A stretch of 64,000 nucleotides of DNA, from NCBI RefSeq assembly GCF_009914755.1, contig NC_060932.1. One strand, given 5' to 3'. Shown piece after piece: positions 16,023-29,097 of this stretch. Position 1 is the first letter of the stretch. Every line of letters begins with the position of its first letter. The stretch is from the human T2T-CHM13v2.0 reference genome, Homo sapiens. The notes under the pieces are model-generated. The model was given only the letters and a program-made list of their open reading frames with translations. It did not search any database and was not told where the DNA came from. The translations under genes were made by a program, and so were the position numbers.

Positions 16023-16650
16023 TTGTAGAAGACACTGTAGTGATTCCTCAAGGATCTAGAATCAGAAATACCATTTGACCCAGCATTCCCATTACTGGGT
16101 ATATACCCAAAGGATTATAAATCATTCTACCATAAAGACACATGCACATGTATGTTTATTGCAGCACTATTTACATAACAAAAATTTGGAACCAATCTAA
16201 ATGCCCATCAATGATACACTGGATAAAGAAAATGTGGCACATGTACACCATGGAATACTATGCAGCCATAAAAAAGAATGAGTTCATGTCCTTTGCAGGG
16301 ACATGGATGAAGCTGGAAGCCATCGTCCTTAGCAAACTGACACAGGAACAGAAAACCAAACACCACATGTTCTCACTCATAGGTGGGAATTGAACAATGA
16401 GAGCACATGGACACAGGGAGGGGAACATCACACACCATGGTCTGTCAGGGTGGGGAACAAAGGAAGGGAGAGCATTAGGACAAATACCTAATGCATGCAG
16501 GGGTTAAAACCTAGGTGATGGGTTGATAGGTACAGCAAACCACCATGGCACATGGATACCTATGTAACAAACCTGCATGTTCTGTACATGTATCCCACAG
16601 CTTGAAGTAAACTAAATAATAATAGTAATAAAATCATTAATTAGAAAAAA
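16023..16650 (+). mobile_element. 5'-truncated L1PA (L1PA7/8-like) with ORF2 C-terminus and 3'UTR
   Basis: ORF 16142-16393 gives 'WNQSKCPSMIHWIKKMWHMYTMEYYAAIKKNEFMSFAGTWMKLE', the L1 ORF2 end. TSD-like AAAACTA(A/C)TGAGAA. Confidence 0.93.
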
Positions 16651-16919
16651 AACTACTGAGAACTTTTAAATTTTGTTTGCTTTCCTTTCAAGAATAATGT
16701 TAAAATTGACAGAAGCATATTCTGGATAAATTGGATGACCATCTTAAAGCAAACATTACCCCCAAACTCATGTTGGTACTTAGGACATTTTGGTGATAAA
16801 TAATTGTCTGAAGAGACTAAACTTAAAGATTTTCTTTGACTCTCATAGCAATAGATAGATGGGTGGATAGATAGATACAGAAGATATATGGACATAGAGA
16901 TGTAGACATACACACATAC

Positions 16920-17110
16920 CATTTGTTAAGTGTCTTCTTTGTGTCAAACTCTCTCCTGTAGACTCCGCCTACACGTTAGCTCAGTTAATCCTCCCTACTG
17001 CACTACAAAATAGATTTATTACTCAGATTCAGATTTATGGCAAGATAGAGGCTCAGAGAGTTTAAGTGACTTATCCAGGGTTTCAAAGGCAGAAGTGGGA
17101 AGCCAGGGCA
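16920..17110. mobile_element. MIR fragment
   Basis: 'agaggctcagagagtttaagtgacttatccagggt'. Confidence 0.6.
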
Positions 17111-17679
17111 AGCCTCATCACGAGTACTGTCAAAAAAATCTTTCTCCTGGACTGCAGAGAATCAGCTCTGTGTTGCTGCCAAAGCTCTCCAGCTTCCTCT
17201 TTTCAAAGTCTCCTTTTTCTCAGCCTTTCAAAATCTCATCTAACACAAGGAAGAAACTACCACTGAAGAAAGATAAGAAGAAAAGTTGTGTGAGGGGCTA
17301 GTAGTGCGATGAATAATATGCCTGACTACAGATCAGAAAAAAAGTTCTGTGCACGTGCAGGTGTGCTGGCTGGCTGGATGGATGAGGAAGTCAATAGAGT
17401 TTTCTCTATACTCTACCTCTTATCATTTGCCTCATTTTCTACTTTTCTCTCTATGGCACTTGTTCCAGAAACAAATGCCTAGAATTGCCTATTTAACTTA
17501 AAATCGCTTCCAGAAATGGAGAGGCTTATTATACCTGGTATTATACCTGCTAAGCGCTTCTTAGCGGCCAAGTACTTTTAAAAAATGATTCAGAAGGTTG
17601 GCAGTTACTACCACCCTCAGAATGGAACAAAGCATTTTCAAAGGGAACTGACATTTTCTAAAATATCTTATAATTTAGC

Positions 17680-17890
17680 ACCACAGAGCCAAATGTGCTA
17701 ATAAGTGTTTTCCTGTTTAATCCTTGCATCAAGGCTGCAAAACTGATACTGTTATCCCCAGATATTATTATCTCCATATTTTGCAAACAAGGAAACAGAA
17801 ATCCAGAATAAATAACCTGCCATGAGTTGGATATCTAATATTTGACAGAGGATTTAAACAGACTCTGCCTGGCTGTGGAGCCTACATTCT
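17680..17890. mobile_element. MIR fragment
   Basis: 'tttaatcctt...attattatctccatattttgcaaacaaggaaacagaa'. Confidence 0.55.
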
Positions 17891-18183
17891 TTCTATTTAA
17901 CATTGAATCGGTCTTCATCACAGTTGCCATCTTTCCCTATGAAATTTAGAGAAAGTTCAGTCCTCTCACAAAGAAGAAAGTGGAAAATTATTCTGCATGC
18001 ACAAAAGCACTAAATAGGGTCATCATTCACATAACAGCATGTGTTACAGGAGAAGGTCCTACTCTCAGGAAACGTTTATCTTAAAAAAAGATGAACAAAC
18101 TGATTTTTTAATAATTTCTTATAGTATTATATGTGAAGAATGCAGTGGACTGCATCATCAGATAGAAGTTAAATCCCTGTTTT

Positions 18184-18659
18184 AGATCTACCATTTGATT
18201 GCTGAATCAGCAATCAAAATAGCTGATTTTGATCTAAAATAGGGATTTAACTTCTATCTACTACTGGGTATCTACCCAGAGGAAAAGAAGTCATTATGTG
18301 AAAAAGATACTTGCACATGCATGTTTATAGAAGAAACCTGGATGGAATTGGAGACTACTATTCTAAGTGAAGTAACTTGGAAATGGAAAACCCAACATTG
18401 TATGTTCTCGCTCATTAGTGAGAGCTAAGCTGTGAGGACACAAAGGCATAAGAATGATACGATGAACTTTGGGGACTCAAGGGAAAGGGTGGGAGGGGGG
18501 TGAGGGATAAAAGACTACACATTGGGTACAGTGTACACTGCTTGGGTGATGGGTACACCAAAATCTCAGAAATCATCACTAAAGAACTTATTCATGTAAC
18601 CAAATACCACCTGCTCCCTAAAAACCTTTTGAAATAAAAAAATAAATTTTTTTTTAAAA
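18184..18659 (+). mobile_element. 5'-truncated L1PB-like element with a rearranged 5' junction
   Basis: 'actactgggtatctacccagaggaaaagaagtcatta...acctggatggaattggagac...gggtacagtgtacactgcttgggtgatggg'. Diverged TSD AAGTTAAAT..TTTAGA at 18166 and 18660. Confidence 0.9.
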
Positions 18660-18714
18660 AAGTTAAATTTCTACTTTAGAGAAAGCACAGTGTGAAAACT
18701 ACTAGTCAAACCTC

Positions 18715-19500
18715 TTCATGAAGGCAACACAAGGGCCTTTGTCTTTTGGCATCTCTTTTCCTCTCCAGCTTCATCTTTTGATATGCTTCAACTTGTACTC
18801 TGTGTTTTAATATTGATTTTTACATCTCCAAACATTCCATGCTGTTCTAAGATTCTGTGCCTTCCTTTACTCTGTTAGCTCTTCCTGGAACAAGTTATAC
18901 ACTTAACCACATAACCTACATTCCCTTGTCCATCTGGAATACTCTCAGAAAACCCAAGAGGATAAGTCTGTGGAACTTTCTAGACCCTCCCCTCTCCCTA
19001 CCCAAGTCATGCCTTCCTACACTACCTCTAAGCTTCCAACATCTTCTGTAGAGTTTGTTATGATGTCCTGTAATTATCTTTCTCACACTTGTGCACTGTG
19101 CTAGACTGTGGGTTCTTTTAGGGAAGATATAGTGTTTTATTTACCTTGATATCTCTCACACAGTGCCAGATCGCTAGGGATGCTTAATACATGACATTGG
19201 ATTGAATCAAACTGAATTGATTAAAAAACAACTAAAATGTAAAGTGTAAATTTGAGACTTTCAAAACTTAAACTCCTTATAGAGCCATCTTTTCATTTGT
19301 CCCCTCTGCACACTTGTTAATGTTCTAGAGAGCTTGCCCCCAGGTAAGTTGTCTTTGCAAGTGGTCTTCCCTTATCAGTTTTATTCCTTCATTCAACAAG
19401 CATTGATTGAGTGCCTATGGTGTTTCAGGGCCTGCATCAGGAGCTTGGGATAGAAAGAAGGATGAGCCAAGACTCCTGCCTCAAAGAACTGACAACATAG
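18715..19500. mobile_element. L2 fragments
   Basis: 'ctagactgtgggttcttttagggaag...cacagtgccag' and 'ttcattcaacaagcattgattgagtgcctatgg' (L2 3' ends). Confidence 0.6.
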
Positions 19501-20519
19501 CAAGGTTTTCTAAAAGTTCAGGAAAAAAAAAAAAAACGTAAAACAAAGTAAAGAGGGATTATTACTATGCAAGAAATGCAACAACATGCTTTTGGAGTGG
19601 GGGGCAGAGAAGAGAGAAAGCATTCAGAGAAGGGCCAGGGAACACCACCCAAACAAAAAGATGTTTGCATGAGGCCTTGAGTAGAAAGAAGGGTTTTGAA
19701 AGAAGATAGGTATTCTCTAAGTTCCCCTAAAAAAAAATTCCCAGCCATTTTTATAAGTAAAATTACCCTCACCTGAGAAAATTTTAAGTCACAATATTGC
19801 CAAGTTTCTTTTCTATGTCTTCTAAATCTATCCTGAAATCCCAGAAGACATTTCCCGCCAACTTTGACAGTTCTTTGGCAGAACTGATCTCCATGTTAAT
19901 AAGCTATAAGGATACTGAAAGCACTGAAATAGCCATTATTGTGTTGCTGTCTTGTTGGGATTGGTTATATTGTATTAACACTGCCAGAGGACATAGCCTC
20001 AGTGAACTAAACTTAGAAATAAATGTTCAGGAAAAAAAAAAAAAGCCTTTAAAAAAATTACATTCAAGGAAAAAAGAGAAATGATGGAGACACCAGCCTA
20101 TGAATGGGAGAAACAGTGTCAACAGGTGACAGGAAACATGAAACTCTGGGTTATGGCTTTGCTTATATCTTCTCTAAAAAAAATCCATTACAAATGGTAG
20201 AACAAAAATGGGGAGACTATTCACAAAGTGAATAGTGGCTGTTCTAGGTAATTCAGGTCTCCATGCCCAATGAATTTTATAACGAAACTTAAAAAACCCC
20301 TAGGTGAATGTCATTGGGGATTTCTGGGGAAAATAGAAGTGGGATCAAAACTCTGGGAATTTGGTAAATGTGTTTTTCAAAAAGTGTGAATCTGAGAGCT
20401 TAGCTTGAGCCTAAGGCATGTCCATGGGCCACAGTTTGGATCTACTTTGGTGGGTCTAGAAGGGTGGATCCATCAGGAAAATACATTGAATTAGAATCTT
20501 CTAGAAAATAACTTATTGT

Positions 20520-20830
20520 GGCCAGGTACAGTGGCTCATGCCTGGAATCACAACACTTTGGGAGGCTAAGTCAGGAGGATCACTTGAGACCAGGAGCTTG
20601 ACTAGCCTGGGCAACATGGCGAAGCCCCATCTCTACAAAAAAAAAAAAAAAAAAAATAGCCTGATCTTGTAACATACACCTGTAGTCCCAGTTACTTGGG
20701 AGTTTGAGGTGGGAGGATCATTTGAGCCCGGGAGGTAGAGGCTGCAGTGAGCAGACATCACCAGTGCCCTCCAGCCTGGGCAACAGAGTGAGACCCTGTC
20801 GCAAAAAAAAAAAAAAGAAAAAAAGGAAAA
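20520..20830 (+). mobile_element. Alu (AluJ-type) followed by a GA-rich low-complexity tract (to about 20900)
   Basis: Alu dimer with a long central A run. The tail grades into (GGAGA)n/(GGGGA)n. Confidence 0.92.
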
Positions 20831-21889
20831 GAGAAAATCAAAGAAAAAGAGAGAGGAGAGGAGAGAAGAGAAGAGGAGGGGAGGGGAGGGAAGGGAGAAT
20901 TTATTGTAAGAGAAGAAGGAGTCATCAGACAAAACCTGGTCCAATAAAAAAGCTTTGGTTATTGGAAGAAATGAGCAATTGCCAAGTGTTAGCCTATCAC
21001 CTGCACTTGATCAGGAAATTGGCAATCTCATATTTTGATAGGAGTGTGAACGAGCACAACCACCAGTTTGGAATCTATCTTCCCTTTGAAAGAAGGAGTA
21101 GGGTCCAGGAAAAAGTAAGCCTGAAGGATGGTTATATGCTTGTTTGTTGGTATGTATTTAATGAATCCTCCTTCTGAACTTGGACTTGATGCTAACCAAA
21201 AGACAAGGATTAGAACCCTGACCACTGAGGGGAATTAAAAAGTGCTAGTTGTCTTAGATTCTAAAATTTGTAAAGAATGACAGAAAAATGATGACACAAT
21301 TAATTTATTTTTTATGCTTGTTCCAGATGTTTTTAATTTAGCTTTCACCATTTTTCCTTCTCATAGAAAAATGCTCTAGTCCACATTGATAGTTTCTCTC
21401 GAAACCCCAGCACTGAGCAGAGTTTTTGCTGATGTTTTTCATGTGCAGCATTGAGAGACATGAGCAACTGAGCTGCAGGAGGAGTCGTTTTGCTCCTTTT
21501 TGGAAACGAGGGCCATTTGGAAATCTGCTCTCCCTCCTTCCCTTCTCCTAGAAAGAGCAGAAACTCAATCACGCTCAACAGCTTTAAGTGGGGCTGATAT
21601 TTGTCAGATACACCTTAATGCTAGGTCTGTTGTGTTTCTTTAAACTCAATACTTCTAAGGGAATGCAGTGAGAAGGTGCTAGCACTTGAGCTTTGCCTAT
21701 GGGGTTAGACTTAATGACCTTCGAGATTCTTTCCAGATCTGCAATGTGTTTATTTTGAAAGCTTTATAACCCCTGATGAGATATATAGTCATCACAGAGG
21801 GATTCAGAACCATTTATAAATTTGCATTGAACATGGTAGACCAAAGAATGTGGGCATTCTTATCAATAAGTAATGTGCGAGGAAATGGT

Positions 21890-22380
21890 GGAACTTCTCT
21901 TGAGATTTGTTAGAATGAATCAAAAGTCTTTAAAATATGCCTACCCTTTGACATAGCAGCACTTCTTCTAGAAATATATCCTAAGGAAATATTTAAGAGT
22001 GTTTTCAAAGAATTTAGCACTAAAATGTTCTGTTTTTTGAAATAATTTTCAGAAACCAGAAAGTATTTAAATGTCCAACAATAGCGGATGACTGCAGTAA
22101 ATTGTGGCTTGTGTGTGCTAGTATACTGTGCAGTCATCAAAAATGAGACAGTACATGTGTATTTATTCTAGTGAGAGAACAGATTATAAAAGTAGCATTA
22201 CATTATGATCTCATGTTTGTAGCAGACACACATATGGACATTCAAAAAAATTCTTGATAGAACTACTAAATATTAACAGTTATATGTTATTACCTGCGGT
22301 AAAAGCCGATTTCTATTTTCACCTCTTTATATGTATTCTTTTTCTAAATTTTTACCGTGATTAAAAATTTGTGTTGCCAA
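21890..22380 (+). mobile_element. Old L1 (L1ME/MC-like) 3' fragment
   Basis: 'cctaccctttgacatagcagcacttcttctagaaatatatcctaaggaaat...aaatgtccaacaatag'. Confidence 0.7.
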
Positions 22381-22764
22381 AAAAGTTTCAAATACCTAAG
22401 TATGTATTAATATATGTATCCATTTTTGCATTCAATAATTATTTATCAAATGCCTCTTATTCAGCATGCTTTGTGCATATGTCAACCTTTCTATCAAATT
22501 TGCTGTTAACTATTTGATCATTTTCTTAGTAACGGATGAACAGAAGAAGCCTAGTAAATAAAGTAGTGAAAAATCAACAAAAAGGTTGAAAAGCTTATTT
22601 AAAGCCATGTGATGAATTCAAAACAGCAGCCAGAACTTGTAACCTCAGATCCTCAACGTTGAACCCCTTAAGCAGATGCTGTTCTCCTATTCATCTTAAT
22701 TTGTGTTCATTGTCTGTTAGGACTGAAAGGTACCTTGAAGAGGTCATTTGAAGAAAGCATTGGC

Positions 22765-23172
22765 CACAGTACTCTGCAGCTGCCCCCATGAAGAAAAGTA
22801 GTACATTTTCCACCCCACCTCCAATCTGGGCTGGTCCATGACTCAATCGTGCCAGTTCTTAGCCTAGGCCACCGGAGACTTTGCATCTTTCACTTTTTTA
22901 GAACCTTTGACCAGCACGTGAATCACCCTGGGTTAGCCTACTGGAGAATAAGCAAACTAGTGAAGAAAGATTCCAGTCATCCCATCACCCAGACATGGCC
23001 ATCATAAACCAGCTGACCAGAGACATATGAGTAAGCCCCTCTGAGGTCAGCAAAACCACCCATAGATATCTAGTCCTAAATGCCAAGCCACAGAATGGTG
23101 AGCTAAATAAATGTTTGCTGTTTTGAACCACAAAGTTTTTGGGGTGGTTTGTCATGCAGCGAAAGCTAACAC
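22765..23172 (+). mobile_element. MaLR LTR (MLT1F/G/H-like)
   Basis: 3' end 'aataaatgtttgctgttttgaaccacaaagtttttggggtggtttgtcatgcagc'. Confidence 0.7.
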
Positions 23173-24999
23173 ATACACTCAGGCTCATATCATCCTCCTC
23201 ATTTTTCAACTAAAGAAACCAACGAGATAAAGGAGGTGCCCCACTTAGAGTCACACTGTAAATCAATCAAACTGAGAGAAGAGCCAAATTCTCCTGACTG
23301 CCATGCACTGAATGCTTCAGAAAGGAAAAGGTTAACACAGTTCACACACTGTTCACAAACACAGACAGAATTAAAACCTTGGCTAAACAATATGGCAAAT
23401 AGGCTCAGGTCACCATGTGCTCCATGTCTTCCTGCCAGTTCAATCATTTGGCTGCAGGAGAAAGGAAAAAATACCACATTCTGTTCTACTCCTGTCCTGC
23501 CCCAGTCAATTCCAGTATTTCCCCATCACACAGACCACCTGGGAGTTAGGCCCCTGGAGCCTCAGAAGTGTCCGCTCTCTTGCTGTCTCTTCTCTTTTCT
23601 TCTTTTTTCCTCCTCTCCTCCCTCCCCCTTCTTCTCTTCATCAATCTTTCTTCTCCTTCAATCTCTCTCTCTGTTTCTTTCAAAAGCCAGAGACCCCCTA
23701 ACCCATTCCTACATCTTTTTTCTGACTTCACTGACCTCCTACCTACACAGAAAAATCAAATTGACAGAAGAACGAATCAAAATTCACAACCTCAACTGCA
23801 TCTCAGGATTGCCCTAACAACTACTCATAATATGTGCCAATTCAAAGTGCTTGGCCCCAAACCTTAGCCAATTAATCCTCACAGCCACCCTGTGTGTTAA
23901 TTAGGCCTCATTATTCATAAGTTACAGACCACAAAAACAAAGCCAGAAGAAATAACTGCCATACCCAAGGCTCAGAGGCAGGAGAAGAGCCGTGGCCCTC
24001 CTGGCACTGGGGCAGAGGCCGGACACAGCTCATGAAGCCACAGCAATCCCCCTGGTACAGACCCAGAGGCCAGTGCCAAAGGGCGGCTCAAGCCTTTCCT
24101 TTTCCATTAGCCACAGGTGTGTTTTACCACAGCCTAACTAGCAGCTACTATTTATTCTCTGGGATTTTCTAAAAACGTGCTTTTGCAGATTTTCAAGCCA
24201 AAGGCATTCCCAGCATCACTCTTTATTAAATCGACCCACGGAAATGTATTGAAAATCACGAGCATTTTGAAACATACTGAGTCCTTTATGGCTGGAATAA
24301 TCTAATAGACAAGCTGTTGTTAATTTACAACCTTAATTTTCAGACACACTTCTTGAGTCAAAAGTACTTCCTGCTCCATAATTCCTGTAGGGATACAGGT
24401 GGCCTAGGACTAAGTACACATCTACTGTACATTAAAATGTATTTCTTACTTAACTTAAACATTTCTGAAATCTCAAGTTTATGTCTAGACTATTTTAATC
24501 AGCTAAATGTCATAATAAGCCATATGCTGGTCTTGATCGGTTACATACACCAGCCCTACTCATAAAGTATCAAAAGGTGTTTTTAAAAAGAAATCTGTGT
24601 TTGTTTTACCAAGAAAATGGTACTTTCAGTCTATCATATCAGACATGCTGGCAAGCAGAAAAGGACCTTACGTAACTGGTGGAAAAAATGGGTTTTTCTC
24701 CCTCTTTTCCTCTCATTTACCACGCCATCAATGCCACTTTTAAACTTCAGAGTTTAAGAGCAATAAGCTTCTATTGGTTGAAAATGGCACTTGACCACTA
24801 TCCACAAAACATCAACACTGAGAGAAAGCAGAATGGTGTTGAGCAGGTATTTTTGTTGCTGCTGTTCTCATTTTTACAAGGGTTCTCTGCTTTCAGTTTC
24901 TTCCCACCTGAATTGGTCTGCAACTCTCAACCCCCAAAACAGCTACCAAGTCACCCAAACATAAGATGGGAAAAAGTAAGAGCATTGCTGACTAAATCA

Positions 25000-25310
25000 A
25001 TATCCAAGTCTTTAATGAGCACCTGTCATGCCTAACATGTTGTGTTAGGACCTGCAGCCACAGCCGAGAGCAAGGGGGTCCTGACACCTGCTTCCACAGA
25101 GCCTGCAGTTTTACTGGAGGAAAAGACGTTAAACATAATTCCACAAATACTCATAGACATGCATTTTCACTAGAGTTCTGAAGACAGAGTGCTGAATACC
25201 ATAAGAGTTCACACCAGAGACACAGACAAGTACACAGGAATGGAAAAGGGTTCCCCAAGGAAATTATATTAGGCTTTGACCTTAGGAATAAGTAGGAGTT
25301 GGTCAGATAG
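25000..25310. mobile_element. L2 fragment
   Basis: 'taatgagcacctgtcatgcc...cctgcttccacagagcctgcagttttactggagg'. Confidence 0.55.
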
Positions 25311-25318
25311 AGAATTCA

Positions 25319-25616
<298 letters not shown>

Positions 25617-25790
25617 ATTCAAATCTGCTAACTTCTTACTTTTATGACAGCTAGAAAGCATCAGAAACTGCCTAAAGTCACTTGTTTCCAATTCTAAAGA
25701 AGCATAATTGAAAGAGCACTCATTAATCAAATTAGAAAACACAGGCTTTCTTATCAATCTAAAGAGGGATCTTATCCCAAATTATGAAGT

Positions 25791-25798
25791 CACACACA

Positions 25799-25832
<34 letters not shown>
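25791..25832. repeat. (CA)n microsatellite
   Basis: About 21 CA units with one interruption. Confidence 0.95.
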
Positions 25833-25838
<6 letters not shown>

Positions 25839-26319
25839 TACTTCAGGGAAAATAAGTAAATTGGGTTTTAATGTTGACACTTGATAAAATTTTATGAACT
25901 GTGGATTAAGAATAAGAATTCTTGCATGGAGACTTTTTTCTGGAGATGAAAATGGTCCTAAAGTTTGGTTATGCCAAGCCTGGACAGAAACACAGGGGGA
26001 GTTTGTTTCCACCATACCATGCAATCACATAATTGCTCTTGGTTCACATAATCTGAAGAGTAGGAAATACTTTGTAATGACAATTTTTGTAAATGATGAT
26101 GTTTCTCTGGGCATCTTCTCAGTGCATGCTCTTCCTCAACTGGAATGAGTCGAGTCTTGGTGGGGAAAGCATGTGATAGTTCTGTTTGTGTCTCTCAGCT
26201 GTGTCTGCAAACTGCATTATGAGTTCACGGCCATGCCCCCACTGAATCAGGATCTACACTCTGCTTTAGCCTGTTCAGGCATTGGAGTAGTTTCGGTACT
26301 GTTCATCAACTCTTTCTCA

Positions 26320-27010
26320 TTCCTCTCCTCCCAGACAGATGACTGTACTTCTCTGCCCCCTGGAAATGAGGCTTGCCCGTCTGACTCACTTTGTCCAGTG
26401 AATTTTCAACAGAAGTGATGTGAATCACTTCGAAGTGGAAGCTTCAAGTGCTGGTACAAGATTTACCTCTCTGTATTTCCCTGTTCCTGTGATCTTGTAA
26501 GTACAGTTGGCCCGCCCTCCGTATCCACAGATTCTGCATCCACAGATTCAAGCAGCGTTGGATTGAAAATATGAAAAATAAAAAATAGATAATTCTCTCT
26601 GTATTGAACATGTACAGACATTTTTTTCTTGTCATTCCTCCCTAAACAATTAGGAATGACAACTATTTACATAGCACTTACATTGTATTAGGTATTATAA
26701 GTAATCTAGAGATGATTTAAAGTATATGGGAGGATGCATGTGTGTTATATGCAAATACTATGCCATTTCATATAAGGGACTTGAGCATCTACAGATTTTG
26801 CTGTCTGTGGACATCCTGGAACTAATCTCTGGAGGCAACTGAGGGACAACTATACTTATCAACATAGAGCTGTGTCATTCTGAAACCTGAGTGATTGTAG
26901 AGTGCCCTTCTGACCTACACTGCACATGTAGCATAAGAAATACAGTGTATCCTGTTAAGCTATAGAGATTGAGGGGTTATTTGTAATTGTACTATATCCC
27001 AGCCCATCCT
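26320..27010 (+). mobile_element. Old MaLR LTR (MLT1H/I/J-like) interrupted by MER2
   Basis: 'cagaagtgatgtgaatcacttc' and 3' end 'tgttaagctatagagattgaggggttatttgt'. Confidence 0.55.
26504..26852 (+). mobile_element. MER2-like TcMar-Tigger DNA transposon
   Basis: Terminal inverted repeats CAGTTGGCCC.../...GGGACAACT flanked by TA. Body 'ggtattataagtaatctagagatgatttaaagtata'. Confidence 0.85.
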
Positions 27011-27036
27011 GGCTCCATAAGAATTAATGTTGGGAT

Positions 27037-27338
27037 TTTTCTTTTCTTTTCTTTTTTTCTTTTTTGTCACCAAGGCTGGAGTGCAGTAGTGCGATCATGG
27101 CTCACTACATCCTCGACTTCCCAGGCTCAAGTGATTCTCCCACCACAGCCTCCCAAGTAGCTAGGCCTACAGGCACATGACACCATGCCCAGCTAATTTT
27201 ATTTTTTATTTTTTGGTAGAGATAAAGTCTCACGCTTGCTATGCTGCCCAGGCTGGTCTCGAACTTCTGGGCTCAAGTGGTCCTCCTGTCTCGATCTCCA
27301 AAAATGCTGAGATTACAGGCATGAGGCACCACCCCCAG
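27037..27338 (-). mobile_element. Alu (AluJ-type)
   Basis: Reverse-complement Alu dimer. Confidence 0.92.
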
Positions 27339-27623
27339 ATTTTTTTCACTTTTGCCATACTACCTTCTTTTATGTCACGCTTGCACTCAAAATTATATTG
27401 ACCCCCTATATAAATATACCTGGAAATTCAGTGCCAAATGGATATTTTTTGAGACCCAAAAATTACTGCTTCCAAAATAGCTATCCCTAGAAAATAGTGA
27501 ATCACCAGTAATTGGTAACTCTTCCACTTTGGACCCTGCTCAGGGTGGAGTGGGGAGCGGTTCCAGGAGTCTGTATCATGTTATCTCCAACCTAAAGCTA
27601 TAGAGAGGATTGGCTAAAAGTAC

Positions 27624-27861
27624 ACATACACCCAGTCTGTGTTGACTCAATTCCTGGTTCTGTCATTTACTGTTTATAACCTTGGGCACATTATTTATTC
27701 TCTCCCTGCCTCAATTTTCTTATCTGTCAAATGGGAGATCTTCAAAGTGCTTTTTTCATAAGTTTCATGAAGGAATCAAATAAGGTGGTGCAGGTAAACC
27801 AGGAACAGTGCCTAGCAAATGCTCAATCATTTTATCCATCATTACCATAATGTTAAGTCTT
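27624..27861. mobile_element. MIR fragment (donor of the local duplication at 28611-29097)
   Basis: MIR core 'accttgggcacattattta..ctctccctgcctcaattttcttatctgtcaaatggg'. Confidence 0.75.
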
Positions 27862-28610
27862 GCAACACTCTCCTGTCACTTCTCATCCTTGCCACTACAG
27901 CTTACCACATAGATCATTATGTGGCTCATACATCATTTTTCACAGCCGGTATAGGAGAATCAAACAATCTTCAACTCATTAGAGTGCCTGAAAACTAAAT
28001 TCCCTCCCCTATCTTCCTCAACTGCTTTCACTACAATTTCCAGAGTAATTTCTCTCTGCTACAGTGATGACTTCCCACCTTCTCAGGAAGATAAGATGTT
28101 GTGTTCACACACTAGGCTAGCAGTCCTCAAATGTCCAGCTGAAGATGGACTGAGACAAGGAGGCCGGGGGCACGAGAAGAACCAGCAGAGGCGAGCGTGA
28201 GCTTGTGGGCAAGAAGTTTTGAGAGGCCGCCCTGCTCTGATCAATAGGACTTTGAAAGAACTACATGGGTGACAAGAATGCACTGTGATTCCTTTTTCTG
28301 ATTATTTGAGACTGAAGTAAAGACTTTAATTGCTTGTCAGTGTTAGATATCAAATTTATTTTTTCTGGCAGCCACACTCAGACTGCTCCCAGTGCAAACC
28401 CACTGTGTAGGGGCTGTGCCCACAATGAGGGCTTCCACAGCCGTTCTCTCCCTAGGTGCCCCTTTGATGTTTTCCTTTCATCCTCACACTCCATGAATTT
28501 TCTAAGGGCCTCTTACGTTTAATGTACTTCTTATCTTACTCTGCTCCAGCTGTTATCACAAAATACCATAGACTGGGTGGCTTTAACAACAGACATTTAT
28601 TTTCCCACCT

Positions 28611-29097
28611 ACATACATCCAGTCTGGGTGGACTCAATTCCTGGTCCTGCTGTTTATTGTCTATAACCTTGGGCACATAATTTATGCTCTCCCTGCCTCA
28701 ATTTTCTTATCTGTAAAATGGGAGTTCTTCAACATGCCTCTTTTTTTTTCAATTTTTTTGTTTGTTTTGTTTTGTTTTTTATTTTATTTTAAGTTCTGGG
28801 ATACATGTGCCGAACATGCAGGTTTGTTACATAGGTATACATGTGCCATGGTGGTTTGCTGCACCTATCAACCCATCATCTAGGTTTTAAGCCCCGCATG
28901 CATTAGGTATTTGTCCTAATGCTTTCCCTCCCCTTGCCCCCTGACATCCTGACAGGCCCTGACGTGTGATGTTCTTTCAGATGTGCTTCTTTCATAAGTT
29001 TCACGAGGTCATCAAATAAGATGACGCAGGTAAACCAGGAACAGTGCCTAGCAAGTTCTCAGTCGTTTTACCCATCATTACAATAATGTTAAGTCTT
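28611..29097 (+). repeat. Local direct duplicate of 27624-27861 (interrupted by L1)
   Basis: Manual alignment gives about 26 mismatches over about 230 aligned bases (about 88%). Confidence 0.9.
28741..28975 (-). mobile_element. L1PA (L1PA7/8-like) 3' end
   Basis: Poly-T then 'aagttctgggatacatgtg...gtgccatggtggtttgctgcacctatcaacc'. Confidence 0.9.

Noticed and set aside
18481-18506. G-quadruplex motif
   Set aside because: It is the ordinary G-rich tract of the L1 3'UTR and is explained by the repeat.
20704-21177. 157-aa K/R/E/G-rich ORF
   Set aside because: Translation of an Alu right arm, its poly-A tail and a GA-rich tract.
23236-23817. Longest ORF (193 aa)
   Set aside because: It is kept open by a CT-rich low-complexity tract (S/F/L-rich), starts in MIR-like sequence with a non-ATG codon, and has no recognisable homology.
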